Positions 37,501-50,212 of a stretch of DNA of 64,000 bases are shown here, one piece after another. The DNA is taken from NCBI RefSeq assembly GCF_030684315.1, contig NC_081396.1, forward strand, positions 4,898,001-4,962,000. Reading direction: 5' to 3'. Both the position numbers and the translations under genes were made by a program. How positions within the stretch are numbered: position 1 is the stretch's first letter; each line of letters begins with the position of its first letter. This DNA is from Stegostoma tigrinum. Taxonomy: Eukaryota. The notes under the pieces are model-generated. The model did no database searches and was not told where the DNA came from. It saw only the letters and a list, made by a program, of their open reading frames with translations.

Positions 37501-39332
37501 GAAAAGTAGTTTATAAAAAAAAAGTCCAGATTAAAATTTTTGAACAGAAAATTCTAGTTTCTTGGAACATTTCTTTCCTCTTCTTTTCCCCCAAAGCTGT
37601 AAATTCCCATCCCACACACTCTCCCTCCTTCCTAACTGAAAACAAAATAAACTACCTTTTTGTATTCTTTTCACGAATTTGTACAAATAAAGAAAGAAAA
37701 TTTGTGATCAAATTAAGGAAGAAAGATTCCACTCTACAAACAAGATATTTAAGAAATTTATAGTGATTCAGCTCAATTCCCTACCTCATAAAATTCATGA
37801 ATAGTCTGCAAACGCTTGAAAATTTAAGAAATGGAACCTGACAACATAAAACTCCAGATTTTAATACATAATGTAGATTGCACTCCAGCTTTTCTATATT
37901 TTCCATTTGTAAAATCATGAGACCTGTGTCTTTCAGCATGCTGTAGCTACCTGTATATTCAAATTAGCCAAAACCAGCCACAGTCTTATTGTGTGGTGGA
38001 GTTAAACTCAGTCTCTTGTTCAGGTTTGGTTTCTGTTTTTCTGCCTGCCCAAGGTTACACCCAGTTCATGTTTTCCAAGGACCTAATTGGTGCCCCAGTA
38101 TTTCAATGAGTGAAACTATTAATCCACTTTAAATTGTTTTATTGGTAAAATTAGTCTTGATTTAAATTTTGTGGAAAAATTATTTAACAGTGGTTTACAG
38201 TGACTCATTTGCCCAGTCAACTCAGGTTCCAGACTTCAGACCCTGGAACCAGTAACATCTACTCCTTCACTCCCCTTGCTGTGGGTATCCAGGACAATCA
38301 ATCCCTCGGCACCAACAAAACCTGCCAGGAGAAATACTGGACATCAGGAGGAGGAAAGTCTGTACTGAATCTGGATGCTGAATCTGAATCGCAAAAATAA
38401 TGAGAGAAACAGGACTGATTAAAAAAAATTGAAATAATCAAATGAATTACTGCTACTCAGCTATTCAATTTCTGAGAGACTTGCCCAAACCTTAATCCTG
38501 TGTCCCAGAAACTTCCAATCATTGGTTCTGGAGGCTTTGGCCATCACCAAAGTGATTGACCTGTCATTGTTGAGCTTATTTTTACTTTCTTTCTGAACAA
38601 GGGTGTATCATTTGCAATTCTACAGGCCTTTGTCACCATCCCTGTACCTTAAGGGGTTTGAACTGCCTCCTGAACCTCTACTCTTACTTCTCTCAGTAAT
38701 CCATGATATGTGTCATCTGGTCCTGATTCGATTGACAGACAACCTATCTGATGCCTCCTCCTTGTCCATTTTAAATACAAGTGTTTCAATTTCTTCCTCT
38801 TTTATCATGAAAAGGGTAACATCAACTTCCTTGGTGAACAATCTAGATATAATACAGCAGCTATCTATCTGCCTCCAGCGGTGCATTTACTTTTCAATGC
38901 CTAATTAGCTTCACTTCTCATTTACCATTTTTACGATTGAGATGCTGACAAACCTGAATCAATAAGCCTTCTGTTTTTCCTTCTATTTTCTGTTCATCCT
39001 GTCTCTTTACCTCTGTTATTTGCTCATTCAGTTCCCCCTGAACCTTCCAAATTCCACCTGGTTTTAGTTGCAGTGGCAACCTAACATCTTTGACAAGCAC
39101 TCTTTCCTCCTTTATCTTAATTTTTTGTTTACTTTGCCATTGTGGGTGCTCTGGATTTGTTTTCTCTAATATTCTCCTTTGTGGGTGTTGTAATTTATGC
39201 CTGCAGCTGACACTTGGTTCTCTGAGGATTGTCTTTGTTTAGATATGCTAACACTAACCCTCCTTCCAAACTATTCTACTTGCTAATGTTTAGTGATGAA
39301 CTCATAAGTCTTTGGCAGAAGAGGAGTTACAA

Positions 39333-40512
39333 CATAGAACATAGCACAATACAGCGCAGAACAGGCCGTTCGGCCCTCGATGTTGCACCAACCTGTGAAC
39401 TAATCTAAGCCCCTCCCCCTACACTATCCCTGAAATGCCCCGAATGTGGCTGAGTTAACTACATTGGCAGGCAGGGCGTTCCACACCCTTACCACTCTCT
39501 GAGTAAAGAACCTGCCTCTAACATCTGTCTTAAATCTATCACCCCTCAATTCGTAGCTGTGCCCCCTTGTACAAGTCATCATCCTCGGAAAAAGATTCTC
39601 ATTGTCCCTCTGATCATCTTGTATGTCTCTATTAAATCCCCTCTTAGCCACTTTCTCTCCAATGAGAACAGACCAAGTCCCTCAGCCTTTTTTCATAGGG
39701 CCTGCACTCCAGACCAGGCAACATCCTGATAAATCTCAACTGCACCTTTTCCAATGCTTCCACTTCCTTCCTGTAATGGGGTGAGCACAACTGCACGCAA
39801 TATTCCAAATGCGGCCGCACTAGTGTTTTGTACAATTGCAGCATGACATCACGGCTCCAGAATTCAATCCCTCTACCAATAAAACCTAAAACACCGTAAG
39901 TGTTCTTAACAGCACTATCAACCTGGGTGGCAACTTTCAGGGATCTATGTACATGGACACCAAGATCCCTATGCATATCTACACTACCAAGAATCTTTCC
40001 ATTGACCCGGTATTCTGCCTTCCTATTATTCCTCCCAAAGTGAATCACCTCACATTTATTTGTATTAAACTCCATTTGCCACCTCTCAGCCCAATTCTGC
40101 AGTTTATCCAAGTCTCCCTGCAACCTCCAACATTCTTCCACACTGTCCACCACTCCACCAACTTTAGTGTCATCTGCAAACTTACTAACCCATCCACCTA
40201 TGCTTGTGTCCAAGTCATTTATAAAAATGACAAACAGCAGTGGTCACAAAACAGATCCTTGAGGCACACCACTAGTAACCGGACTCCAGGCTGAATATTT
40301 TCCATCAACCACCACTCATTGCCTTCTTACAGAAAGCCAGTTTCTAATCCAAACTGCTAAATCTCCCTCAATCCCGTGCCTCTGTATTTTCTCCAGAACA
40401 TAGAACAACACAGCACAGAACAGCCCTTCGGTGCTCGATGTTGCACTAACCTGTGAACTAATCTAAGCCCCTCCCCCTACACTATCCCATCATTATCCAT
40501 ATGCTTATCCAA
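39333..40512 (-). mobile_element. Young CR1 (HER1-like) LINE 3' end, with a second short 3' tail at 40395-40512
   Basis: ORF 39644-40213 SKFADDTKVGG...LYKTLVRPHLEYCVQL, and a (ctatgtt)n tail. Confidence 0.92.
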
Positions 40513-40885
40513 GGGCTGTTCAAGCAGATGTTCATCTGCAAATGTGGTACACTGCATCCGCTGTACCCGTTGTGGCCTCCTCTACAATCAGGGAAATCAA
40601 GTCGAGGCTTGGGGACCGCTTTGCAGAACACCTCCGCTCGGTTCGCAATAAACAATTGCACCTCCCAGTCGCGAACCATTTTAACTCTTCCTCCCATTCC
40701 TTAGATGACATGTCCATCATGGGCCTCCTGCAGTGCCACAATGATGCTACCCGAAGGTTGCAGGAACAGCAACTCATTTTCCGCTTGGGAACCCTGCAGC
40801 CCAATGGCATCAATGTGGACTTCACAAGCTTCAAAATCCCCCCCTCCCCCACTGCATCCTAAAACCAGTCCAGCTCATCCCCGCT
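40513..40885 (+). mobile_element. Penelope GIY-YIG fragment (same family as 14914-16241)
   Basis: RLGDRFAEHLRSVRNKQLHLPVANHF...GTLQPNGINVDF. Confidence 0.9.
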
Positions 40886-42870
40886 GATGTATGTCAACAT
40901 TTTTGTGCACAGGTCTCTTTGCTGCACAGAATCTCTGGCCAACACTGTACACCAGATACATTGACAACATTTTCTTCCTTTGGACTCATGGCGAGGAATC
41001 ACTGAGACAACTAAATAGCAATATCAACAAGTCCATCCGACAGTCAGACTTACCATGGACTGCACTTTAGAATCAGTCTCATTCTTGGACACATGCATCT
41101 CCATCAGGGACAGACACCTCAGTACATCACTCTACCGCAAGCCTACGGATAACATCACAAAGCTAGCTTCTCCAGCTTCCACCCAAAACATATTAAAACA
41201 GCCATCCCCTATGGACAAGCCCTACACATACACAGAATCTGTTTGGATGAGAAGGAACAAGACGGACCTGAAGGTGTTGAAGGATGCCCTCATAGGAACA
41301 AGATATGATACTCAACTCATCAGTCACCAGTTCCAACATGGCACAGTGAAAAACTGTAATGACCTGCTCAGAAGACAGACGTAGGATATGATGGGGTGCC
41401 CTTCATTGTCTAGTACTTCCTGGGAGCAAAGAAACTACACCATGTTCTTCACAGCTTTCAACACATTATCGAAGTTGATGAGCACCTTGCCAAGATCTTC
41501 CCGACGCCTTCACTTCTGGCCTTCAAACAACTGCCAAACCTTAAACAGACCACTGTTCACAGCAAACTACCCAGCCTTCAGGACAACATCAACCATGACA
41601 CTACACAACGTCTGCAAAACATGTCAGATCAGGCAAGGATGCCCCGAGCCATTGTGCATTGGTGAAACCAGGCAGATGCTATGACATTGTTTGGCGATTG
41701 TTGCACAGAAATGTTCTCTCCCAGGGTGAGGGGATTCTTCAGTGCTGATGGATATTTGGCCTCAGATTTTCGGGTAAATGTCGTCTAAGGCAGACTCCTG
41801 GATACACAACAATGCAGAGTCCGCAAGCAGAGGCTGATAGCCAAGTTAAATATCAATGAGGACAGCCTCAACTGGGATCTTGGGTTTATATCGCACTACA
41901 GATGGCCCTACCACACTATATACTTTCCCACACATACACACATTCTCTCTTCCACTCACACACATTCACACTCTCTACCCTTCTCACACATACATAATTT
42001 CCCCTAACACACATTCTTTCTCTCTCACACACACACTCACTCTTCCCCCCCCTCATACGCACACTGTCTCTTCCCCCCTCAGTCATTAAACACATAAATT
42101 TATGGGGTGAATTTGTATTTGCTGATACATTTTATTTTGTACAACAAGCAAACAATAAATAGATAATCAGTTAATATGGTGATTTATAAATTCCTACTTT
42201 AGAAATAAAACCAGTCTGATCCCAAACAATGTATCACACCTAACATGCATTGACTGACCTAAAATGTCATGTCTTCTTTACACTGTTATAGACATGCAAG
42301 GGCTACATCAGGTAACTCGAACTTTAGGGCAGCATGGTGGCTCAGTGGTTAGCACTGCAGCCTCACAGCGTCAGGGATCCGGGTTCAATTCCAGCCTAGG
42401 GTAACTGTCTGTGTGGAGTTTGCACATTCTCCCCGTGTCTGCATGGGTTTCCTCCAGGTGCTCTGGTTTCCTCCCACAGTCCAGAGATGTGCAGGCTAGG
42501 TGGATTGGCCATGTTAAATTGCCCGTAGTGTTCAGGGGTGTGAGGGTTATAGGGGGATGCGATGCTCCAAGGGGCGGTGTGGACTTGTTGGGCCAAAGGG
42601 CCTGTTTCCACACTGTAGGGAATCTAATCTAATTTAGTTCTCTCAGGACAAGGACTTGAAAGGAATCTGGGGATTTATATATACGTATTAATAAATTAAA
42701 ACTTTTTCAAACTGAGTAAAGATTTAACAGATCTTAGGTTTGTTTAGCACATTCTCATCAATGGTGTGACCCTTTGATCTTTTCCTTATGAGTTATGTGT
42801 CTTAGAGTACCTCTCTCACTAACACCTGAAAGGAGGACTGAGGCTCCAAAAGCTTGTGTTTTCAAATTAA
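40886..42870 (+). mobile_element. Older, different Penelope-like family (RT C-terminus, GIY-YIG, CA-rich spacer, pLTR)
   Basis: RYIDNIFFLWTHGEESL, SFLD...TSLYRKPTD and IGET motifs. Decayed ribozyme-like end cctgaaaggaggactgaggctccaaaagct at ~42825-42855. Confidence 0.8.
42327..42633 (+). mobile_element. HE1 SINE (near full length)
   Basis: tRNA head gggcagcatggtggctcagtggttagcactgc...gggttcaattcc, core tgtgtggagtttgcacattctccccgtgtctgc, and tail cactgtaggg(aatct)n. Confidence 0.9.
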
Positions 42871-42889
42871 CATTCAAACAGAGAGAGGA

Positions 42890-43200
42890 GCAGCATTTCT
42901 GAGCAGGAATGAGCAGCTTCGGAAGCTCGTTGCCCCTCGTTCTGCACTGAGACAATAGGTGAGTTCCGATTTTCTGGAGGACCCGAATGTTGCAATCGGA
43001 GGACTTTCGCATTGGTGAATTCTCACGTTTGATGAGTAACATAGCCAATAGGAATCGCTGTGCTAGCAACGATGTGGTCATTGCAGTCCCACCCCTACCC
43101 CTTCTTGCGTCAAGGCTTGGGCCACAGCAACAAACTGCTGCCCCTCCGCCTCTCAGCAGCTCAAACTCAGGTTTGGCAGAGTGGGAGAACTTTGCAAAAT
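42890..43200. promoter_or_regulatory. Possible partly decayed CpG promoter
   Basis: Modest CpG enrichment, CGGAAG, ATTGG (~43011) and CCAAT (~43045). Confidence 0.35.
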
Positions 43201-43580
43201 CCCTTTTCTTCATTTCCTACCTCTCTATGAGAGGGGAGCTCATTGACACTGACACATTACTGAAAGGGATAGATAGGGTGGCTGCAGGGAAGATATTTCT
43301 CCCAAGCTAGGAATTCTAGTTTCGGGTGCAATCGGAGATGGTGAGAACCAAGATAAGGAGAATAAATAAAACAAAGAACTGAAGATCTGAAACAAAAACA
43401 GATATTATTGGGGAAGCTCAACAGCATCTGGACTGGAAAACACAGAGAACATTTTAAGACCAGTGACCCTCTTCAGAAGGGTCTCATTGATACCTCAAGC
43501 CTGTTCTGCCAATATAATGAGATCACAGCTGACCTGATTTTTTGCCTCAACACCTCATTCCTGCCAATCCCTGATCATTG

Positions 43581-44300
43581 TTAGAGATAGTAAGAACTGC
43601 CAATGCTGTAGTCAGAGATAACACTGTGGAGCTGGAGTAGCACAGCAGGCCAGATAGCATCAGAGGAGCAGGAAAGTCGTCGTTTCAGATCAAGACCCTT
43701 CTTCAGAAATAGGGGATCATTCAGACATGCCTACCTTGAAGAAGTCATCCTCCTCACTCTGAAAAGACCTCAGTGGATCTATCTCTCACTGCAACCCTCT
43801 GGCATTCTCTTTGGCCCTGAAGCTGCTCAACCATTTACTGAAGCAAACCAGGTACCACAGCCACACTGCCTTTCTCAGTACCTGCCTGCAGAACCACATC
43901 ATCACCAGCACATCAGCTCAGTGATTAGCACTGCTGCCTTGGGACCCAGGTTCGATTCCACCCTTGGCTGACTGCCCGTGTAGAGGTGGCACATTGTCCC
44001 CATGTCTGAGTAGGTTTCCTCCGGGTGGTCCAGTTTCCTCCCACTGTTCAAAGATGTGCGGGCTCGGTGGACTGACCGTACTAAATTGCCCATAGTGTTC
44101 AGGGTGGCATAGATTATGGGGATAGGTCTGGGTGGGCTGCTCTGAGTGTTGGTGTGGATTGTTGGGCCGAAGGGCCTGTTTGCACTCTGTAGGGATTCTA
44201 TGACTCAAATGGACTCCAACCTACGTTCAGGCCATCCCAATTTGGCACAGACCACAACAACTTCTACATGCAAAACATCTAGATGCTCCAAAAATGGTTT
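43581..44300. mobile_element. Penelope insertion: inverted pLTR followed by ORF 5' region, interrupted by an HE1 SINE
   Basis: Minus pLTR 43585-43710. Plus-strand RYHSHTAFLSTCLQNHII | NGLQPTF resembles the PLE N-terminal HxxFLxxC...PxGL motif. ctgatcatt is repeated at 43571-43579 and 44303-44311. Confidence 0.7.
43908..44203 (+). mobile_element. HE1 SINE
   Basis: agctcagtgattagcactgctgcc...ggttcgattcc...gggccgaagggcctgtttgcactctgtagggattctatga. Confidence 0.85.
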
Positions 44301-45576
44301 CTCTGATCATTTTTAACTCCCTTCTATTAAGAATTCTATACGCTTCTCCATTAATATTTAACTATTCTAACACCATTACTCTCTGGAGGACAGAGTTCAA
44401 ATAAAAATTCCTCCTGTTCCACTTCTGAAATGCAGTATCCCTTATTTTAAAACGATATCTCCTCATTTTAGTTTCTCCCACAAAGAGAAATATTTCTCAG
44501 CATCCATCCTACCAAGTCTCCTCAGGACTTTATATGTTGCAATACAATCACCTCACATTGTTCTAAATTGCAATGGACACAGACCCCACTCAACTTCTCC
44601 CCATGATACCCCATGCACTAGCTCATTGGAGACTGTCTTTCTCCATGGCAAACATTCTTTAAAGATTCCACCAGCACTAAAATCCTCTGAGATCCCTGTG
44701 TTCTTCAAACTCTGACCTAATCCAATCCCAATCTGCATTACTCTACCATTGCAGACTATGCTTTAGCCATTGAGTCCCAAACTTTGGAACATTATCCTTA
44801 CACTTCTCACTTCAATAAAATCGACCTCTTCAACTAAGATCTGGATCATCTGTGAAACACCTTGTGATAGTTATTGCAAAAGGTTCTACATTAACACAAG
44901 TTGTGGGCATTGCAGTCTTTGAACAGTTGAATCAGGAATGACACATAAATGTTTCAAACACATGCACCATAATGAACACTGCCATTTTTAGATTAGAAAC
45001 TAAACCTGGTGTTTTGCTTTCAGTAAGAACAGATCAGTTTGACACCACTGTCTGATTTTTTCGGCATGTTTCCAGCATTCACAGTTATTCTTGTAGACTC
45101 CAATTATATAGGAGCTTCTGTTCAATGTCTAAGAGCTCTGAACCACAGAATAGAATGGCTGAGAAACATTTCTCATGCTCCTGAGGGCCGGTCTGCCTTT
45201 CCAATCCTGGATGTGACTAACAACATCAAAAATAGTGGTATTCAATTCCTGGAGTCACTGTGAACTTGCTGGTGTCTCAACAGTTAGCATGATAGACCGC
45301 ATTATTTCCCACACCTGGAGCAGCCTTGTGAATGGCAACTGTCCAGTGTGAGTGCATTTGTGCAGAGTGCAGTAATGGGATCACTTGAACCCAGTCCCAG
45401 AGACAACACCAAATCTATTACTCATCAGTGTGAACCTGTTGGTACATCAGTTCCCAGAACTTATAGAGCACTCCCCATAGTCCAGCCATTTAAAAGATTG
45501 CTCCATCACTCTCTCATATAGGCAGATTGGACTGAAAGTAAACAGCTCCTCCCAAATGTGAAATTGCTGTAGTTCT

Positions 45577-46389
45577 TTAAGTTGGAGCAGGTGAATGAAC
45601 ATTTTCTGTGCTGTGTGTGTTCTCATTGTGTCTACATAAATTGGAGAACTGAGTGAATTTCTTTCCACACTCCATGCAGGTGAATGATTTCTCCCCTGTA
45701 TGAATTCTTTTGTGTCTATGTAAGCTGGATAACTGAGTGAATCCAGTACCACAGTCAGGGCAGGTGAACGGTTTCTCTCTGGTGTGCGTTGTCATGTGCG
45801 TATGTAAGTTGGATAACTGAGTGAATCCCTTCCCACACAAAGAGCAATTGAATGGTTTCTCTTCAGTATGAATTCTCTTGTGTGTTCGTAAGCTCGCCAA
45901 CTGAGTGAATCCCTTCCCGCACTCAGAGCAAGAGAATGGTTTCTCTCCACTGTGAGTTATTTGGTGAATACGTAAGCTGGATAACTGAGCGAATCCTTTG
46001 CCACATTGAAAGCAGGTGAATGGCCTCTCCCCGGTGTGTGTTCTCTGGTGTGTGAGTAAGTTGGCTGTCTGAGTAAATCCTTTCCCACACTCAGGACAAG
46101 TGAATGGCTTTTCCTCAATGTGAGTTCTTTGGTGTTTGTCCAAATTGGATGACTGAGTGAACCCTTTTCCACACTTGGAGCAGGTGAATGGCCTCTCCCC
46201 AGAGTGAGTTCTCTCGTGTTTATTTAAATTGGATAACTGAGTGAATCCTTTCCCACACTGGGTACAGGTGAATGGCCTCTCCCCACTGTGACTGCGTCGA
46301 TGACTTTCCAGCTGAGATGGATAACAAAATCTCTTCCCACAGTTCTCACACTTCCATGGTTTCTCCACCATGTGGGTGTCCTTGTGCAT
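45577..46389 (-). CDS. Tandem C2H2 zinc-finger protein (8 canonical fingers + a frameshift-altered 9th), no effector domain
   Basis: Open finger array from the first ATG at 46389 (MHKDTHMVEKPWKCENCGK...). Acceptor tttgcag with exon start at 46703. Broken fingers lie upstream (46430-46620) and downstream (45250-45570), so this may be a trimmed or decaying gene. Confidence 0.8.
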   Translation of the reverse strand: MHKDTHMVEKPWKCENCGKRFCYPSQLESHRRSHSGERPFTCTQCGKGFTQLSNLNKHERTHSGERPFTCSKCGKGFTQSSNLDKHQRTHIEEKPFTCPECGKGFTQTANLLTHQRTHTGERPFTCFQCGKGFAQLSSLRIHQITHSGEKPFSCSECGKGFTQLASLRTHKRIHTEEKPFNCSLCGKGFTQLSNLHTHMTTHTREKPFTCPDCGTGFTQLSSLHRHKRIHTGEKSFTCMECGKKFTQFSNLCRHNENTHSTENVHSPAPT

Positions 46390-46927
46390 TGAGGCTGGAT
46401 GATCTATCGAAACCTCTACCACACACAATCCCCTGGAATTATTCTCTGCTTTAAACCTTGCAATTTTCTTTCAAGCTGTATCACTGCGTAGAGCTTCTTG
46501 TACAGTTGATGCTCTGGAAAACATTAACCCAGGTGTGTTGTCATGTATTTCCAGTCGCACTGAGGTTTGAAATCATTTCTGGCTTGCAGATAAAACATTT
46601 CCCCTTTCACTTTTAAAGGTCAATGATATTCAGGTCATGATATAAATCTTGATAGAATGATTAGTTTGATTTTCCTGCCTGTAGATCCTCTTCTTCTAAT
46701 TACCTGCAAATAGAATTTAGAAAAGTCATTTCTTGAAGTAAAAGGTAGGAACTCAGAACATATCAGTCTTTTCTTTCTTTCCTGTTTCCCTGAAAGTGTC
46801 TCATACCCCTCCTCTTTGAGCTGAAATCGAAATTTCCTCTCCTGTTCCCTCCCTCCCTTCCCTCTGCCTGTCTCCAGTTATCGAGCTCATGTTGGCAGAC
46901 TTGGAATAAAACCAATATGTCAATCAT

Positions 46928-47184
46928 GAGTTAACAAGGGGTAGAACTGAATAAACACAGCAGGCCAGGCAGCATCTGAGGAGCAGGAAGGCTGACGTTT
47001 CGGGTCTGGACCCTTCTTCAGAAAATTTTCAGAATTTACAAAAAATTTCCAATATTTTCTGAAGAAGGGTCCAGACCAGAATCTTCAGCTTTCCTGCTCC
47101 TCTGATGCTGTTGGCCTGCTGTGTTCATTGAGTTCCTCACCTTGTTATCTCAGATTCTCCAGCATCGGCAGTTCCTAGCATCTC
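46928..47184. mobile_element. Fold-back Penelope pLTR insertion in the first intron of the 46 kb ZNF gene
   Basis: Minus copy 46928-47025 and plus copy 47055-47184. Intact hammerhead-like core on the minus strand at 46991-47023. Confidence 0.85.
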
Positions 47185-47540
47185 AATGGGTCATTGAGCG
47201 TCCCTGCTGGTCACGTGGGCTCAAGCAGCCCCGCCCCCCACGTCACTCACAGGCGTGTTGTTCGTCGTTGAAGGCCGTTAATCCGGGGTGTCTTCTTGAA
47301 GAAAAGGGCCTGGCGCCGCAAAAAGCGGGAACTCCAGGTACTTGTTCAACACTTGCGGTTTACTCAAGGCACGAACAAGCCGTCGCTCCCCAAAGATCAG
47401 TTATAATCCGCTGTTCTAGTCCCCCCTCCCGCCGACTGTCCATCCACAACCTTCGTCGGCGCCATTACCATCACACATCTGCGCATGCGCAAACATTCAC
47501 AGATAGGAGCCACTCAGCCGTGAAGAATGCTGGGTAAAGG
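47185..47540 (-). promoter_or_regulatory. CpG-island promoter and non-coding exon 1 of the 46 kb ZNF gene
   Basis: CpG-dense, with NRF1 tgcgcatgcgc (~47480-47490), a GC box, and a minus-strand donor GTGAGT at 47250-47245. Confidence 0.8.
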
Positions 47541-47561
47541 GACAGGTTCATCATTATTTGT

Positions 47562-47797
47562 GATCAGAGACAATAGGAACTGCAGATGCTGGAGAATCCG
47601 AGACGACAAAGTGTGAAGCTGGATGAACACAGCAGGCCAAGCAGCATCCCAGGTGCACAAAAGCTCAATGTTTCGGGCCTCGACCCTTCATCAGAGCAAT
47701 GAAGGAGGGAGGGTCTAGGCCCGAAACGTCAGCTTTTGTGCACCTAGGACGCTGCTTGGCCTGCTGTGTTCATCCAGCTTCACACGTTGTTGTCTCA
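47562..47797. mobile_element. Fold-back Penelope pLTR insertion with exact 15-bp TSD
   Basis: TSD ttcatcattatttgt at 47547-47561 and 47798-47812. Arms ~47600-47690 and ~47710-47796 are reverse complements. Confidence 0.92.
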
Positions 47798-48510
47798 TTC
47801 ATCATTATTTGTTTTTTGAGACAACAGCCACCAACCGATTGAAATCGGGGTGTTCACGTATGGGTATTCAGTGCACACCCACATATCCCTAACGCCCTGT
47901 CGCTAGAGAAGTTTGAAAAGTTTGTAGTCTCAAAGTGGATTGGAACCTGCAACGCAATGTTAAAATTGTGCACTTGTCAGTGTTGTATGCTGCTAGCGTT
48001 CCCAGCCAGTTATAGGACAAGGGGAATATCAATCTACCATTTAAGTGCAGCAAAAAAAAACAAACAACAATTACCCAGATCCCCCTGTATGATGAAACAA
48101 CAATTTCAATAAAATTTTCCATCTTGTTACAGTAGGCTATATCCCACATGTCAACAGTTTGTAGAAGGATTGTTTACATGGCTCAGAGTTTAAAAGGCCG
48201 TCCCAAAGCCTGAGCTGAATGAGAAAAGCTAGATTTCTTTTGTCTAGCTCGTACCATGGCAGGGCAGAAAAGTTATTTGAAAAAAAAAATGAGTGAGATT
48301 TGTCTGAGTGGAATTCTAGGGATTCCACAATGAAGTTTGAGGAGAAGACGTGCACAGGTTTTGGATGCGACAAGATGTTTGAGGACTAAGGACAGCAAAA
48401 AGGGAAGTTGGAGAAGGGGTAGGTAGGGGAGGCTTCTTTTGACAAGAGGGGTCAATGATGTCTAATTTCAAGGAGAGATGGATGGTACTTCTTTATTCAA
48501 CAGGATGAGG

Positions 48511-48796
48511 GCCCAGAGGGCAGTTCAGAGTCAACCACATTGCTGTAGGTCTGGAGTCACGTGTAGGCCAGACCAGGTAAGGATAGTAGTTCCCTTCCTT
48601 AAAAAGGACCTTGTGAACCAATTAGGCTTTTCCTGACAATGGGCTCACGGTCATCATTAGACTCTTAATTCCAAATATTTGTTGAATTCAAATTCCACCA
48701 TGTGCCATAGTGGGACTTCAGCCCAGGTTCCCAGGACCTTAACTGGGTCTCTAGCTTAACAGTCGAGTGATAATACCACTAAGCCACTGCCTCCCC
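48511..48796 (-). mobile_element. tRNA-derived shark SINE (same family as 3001-3313)
   Basis: gcccagagggcagttcagagtcaaccacattgctgtaggtctggagtcac...taataccactaagccactgcctcccc. Confidence 0.85.
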
Positions 48797-49239
48797 TTAG
48801 AGAAATAACTGCTCAAAAATTCAATACAACAAAAAGGTGAAGGCAACGGAGAAGATGAGCTTTGACAGGGATAACAGGAGACAAGACAAATATGGATTTA
48901 AGGGTAAGTTTAGTTCATTGAGTCAGTGGAAGGAGGGTAGCTCTGGAGAGGTACTTGCTGGATGATGGAGACAAGGGAGAAAGGATAGATAACTCATGTT
49001 CAAGATATTAAGAAGAGTTTCTACTCATGAGGGTATTTTATTTGAATTGTATCCGGAATAATACCACAAATGACTGAACTTGTCAACATAAACAGAAATA
49101 GACTCCAAGGTACATGGTTCAGAGATAGCAATTGCATTTTCCTGATAATCCTACTGTCGCTTGTGATCTCACTGTTTCACGAGGTGAGAGGACTGACATT
49201 CTCTACCCATATTTGAACCAAATGAACAGTGATTTCCCA

Positions 49240-50212
49240 TTTTACCCTTACTAGTATATCAGCAGAATGAGTTCAGTCACTGAGTGAATCCCTTCCGACA
49301 CACACAGTATGAGCGTGTTGGTACCGACTCAGTTGAGGTAATTGCCTGAAGCCTATTGCAATGAAAACACTTGAATGGCTTCACAACAGTGTAAGCACTG
49401 ATGGTACATCAGTTCCTGGGAACTTTTGTGGCATTTCCCATAGCAATTGAAGGGTCTCTTGTCAGTGTGAATTTGCCAGTGTCTTGTCAGATTAGATGAT
49501 CTAATGAATCCCTTTCCACACTGAGCAGGGGAATGGTCTCTCCCCAGAGTGAATGCATGCTGTGGCAGCAGGTTAGGTGCCTGAATAAATCCTTTCCCAC
49601 AGAGCTGGTGAATAGCCTCACCCCACTGTAAACTCACTGGACTTTCAGCAGCTTGGATGAGCAAGTGAATGGTCTTTTCTCAGCATGAATTTGCTGGTGT
49701 ATATTGAGAGCAAATGATCACTCGAATCCAGTCTCACAGCAAAATCACCTGAACAATCTCTCATCTGTTTGAACTCTTGTGTATCATCAGGTGGGATGAT
49801 CATGTGAATCACTGCCTACAGTTGCGGCACCTAAAATGTTTCTCCCAGCTGTAATCCACTGCTGCCTCAGGATGGCAGATAGTGAAATTATTCACTTCAC
49901 ATTCTGGCCAGTTGAAAGGCCTCTTCCTGTGCAACTTCACCAATGTTGTGCCTGCACAGATGGGTAATTGAATCCCTTCCCAAATGCCCCATATTTTCAG
50001 TGGTGATTGCATTTATGTCGCGACAGATCAGATGGCTGGCTGAAGCCTAGTCCACACTTACAGTATGTGCATAGGTTCTCTGAGCACTGCTTCAAGCTTC
50101 CGTTTACAAAATCCAATAATATTGGAGTTTCTGGAAATGAGGCAACACCGTAACATTCTGATGCGATGTTTGGTTTCAGTTTCTGAACTGCCAATGTTCC
50201 TCATCCAAGAGC
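49240..50212 (-). pseudogene. C2H2 zinc-finger pseudogene
   Basis: Broken fingers (CGKGFIRSSNLTRHWQIHTDKRPFNC; CKCGLGFSQPSDLSRH) and an acceptor-like ttttgcag at ~50213-50220. Confidence 0.85.

Noticed and set aside
46390-46428. ORF-track start of the minus-strand ZNF at 46428 (and 33619 for the plus-strand gene)
   Set aside because: Non-ATG starts from the ORF caller; first ATGs were used instead
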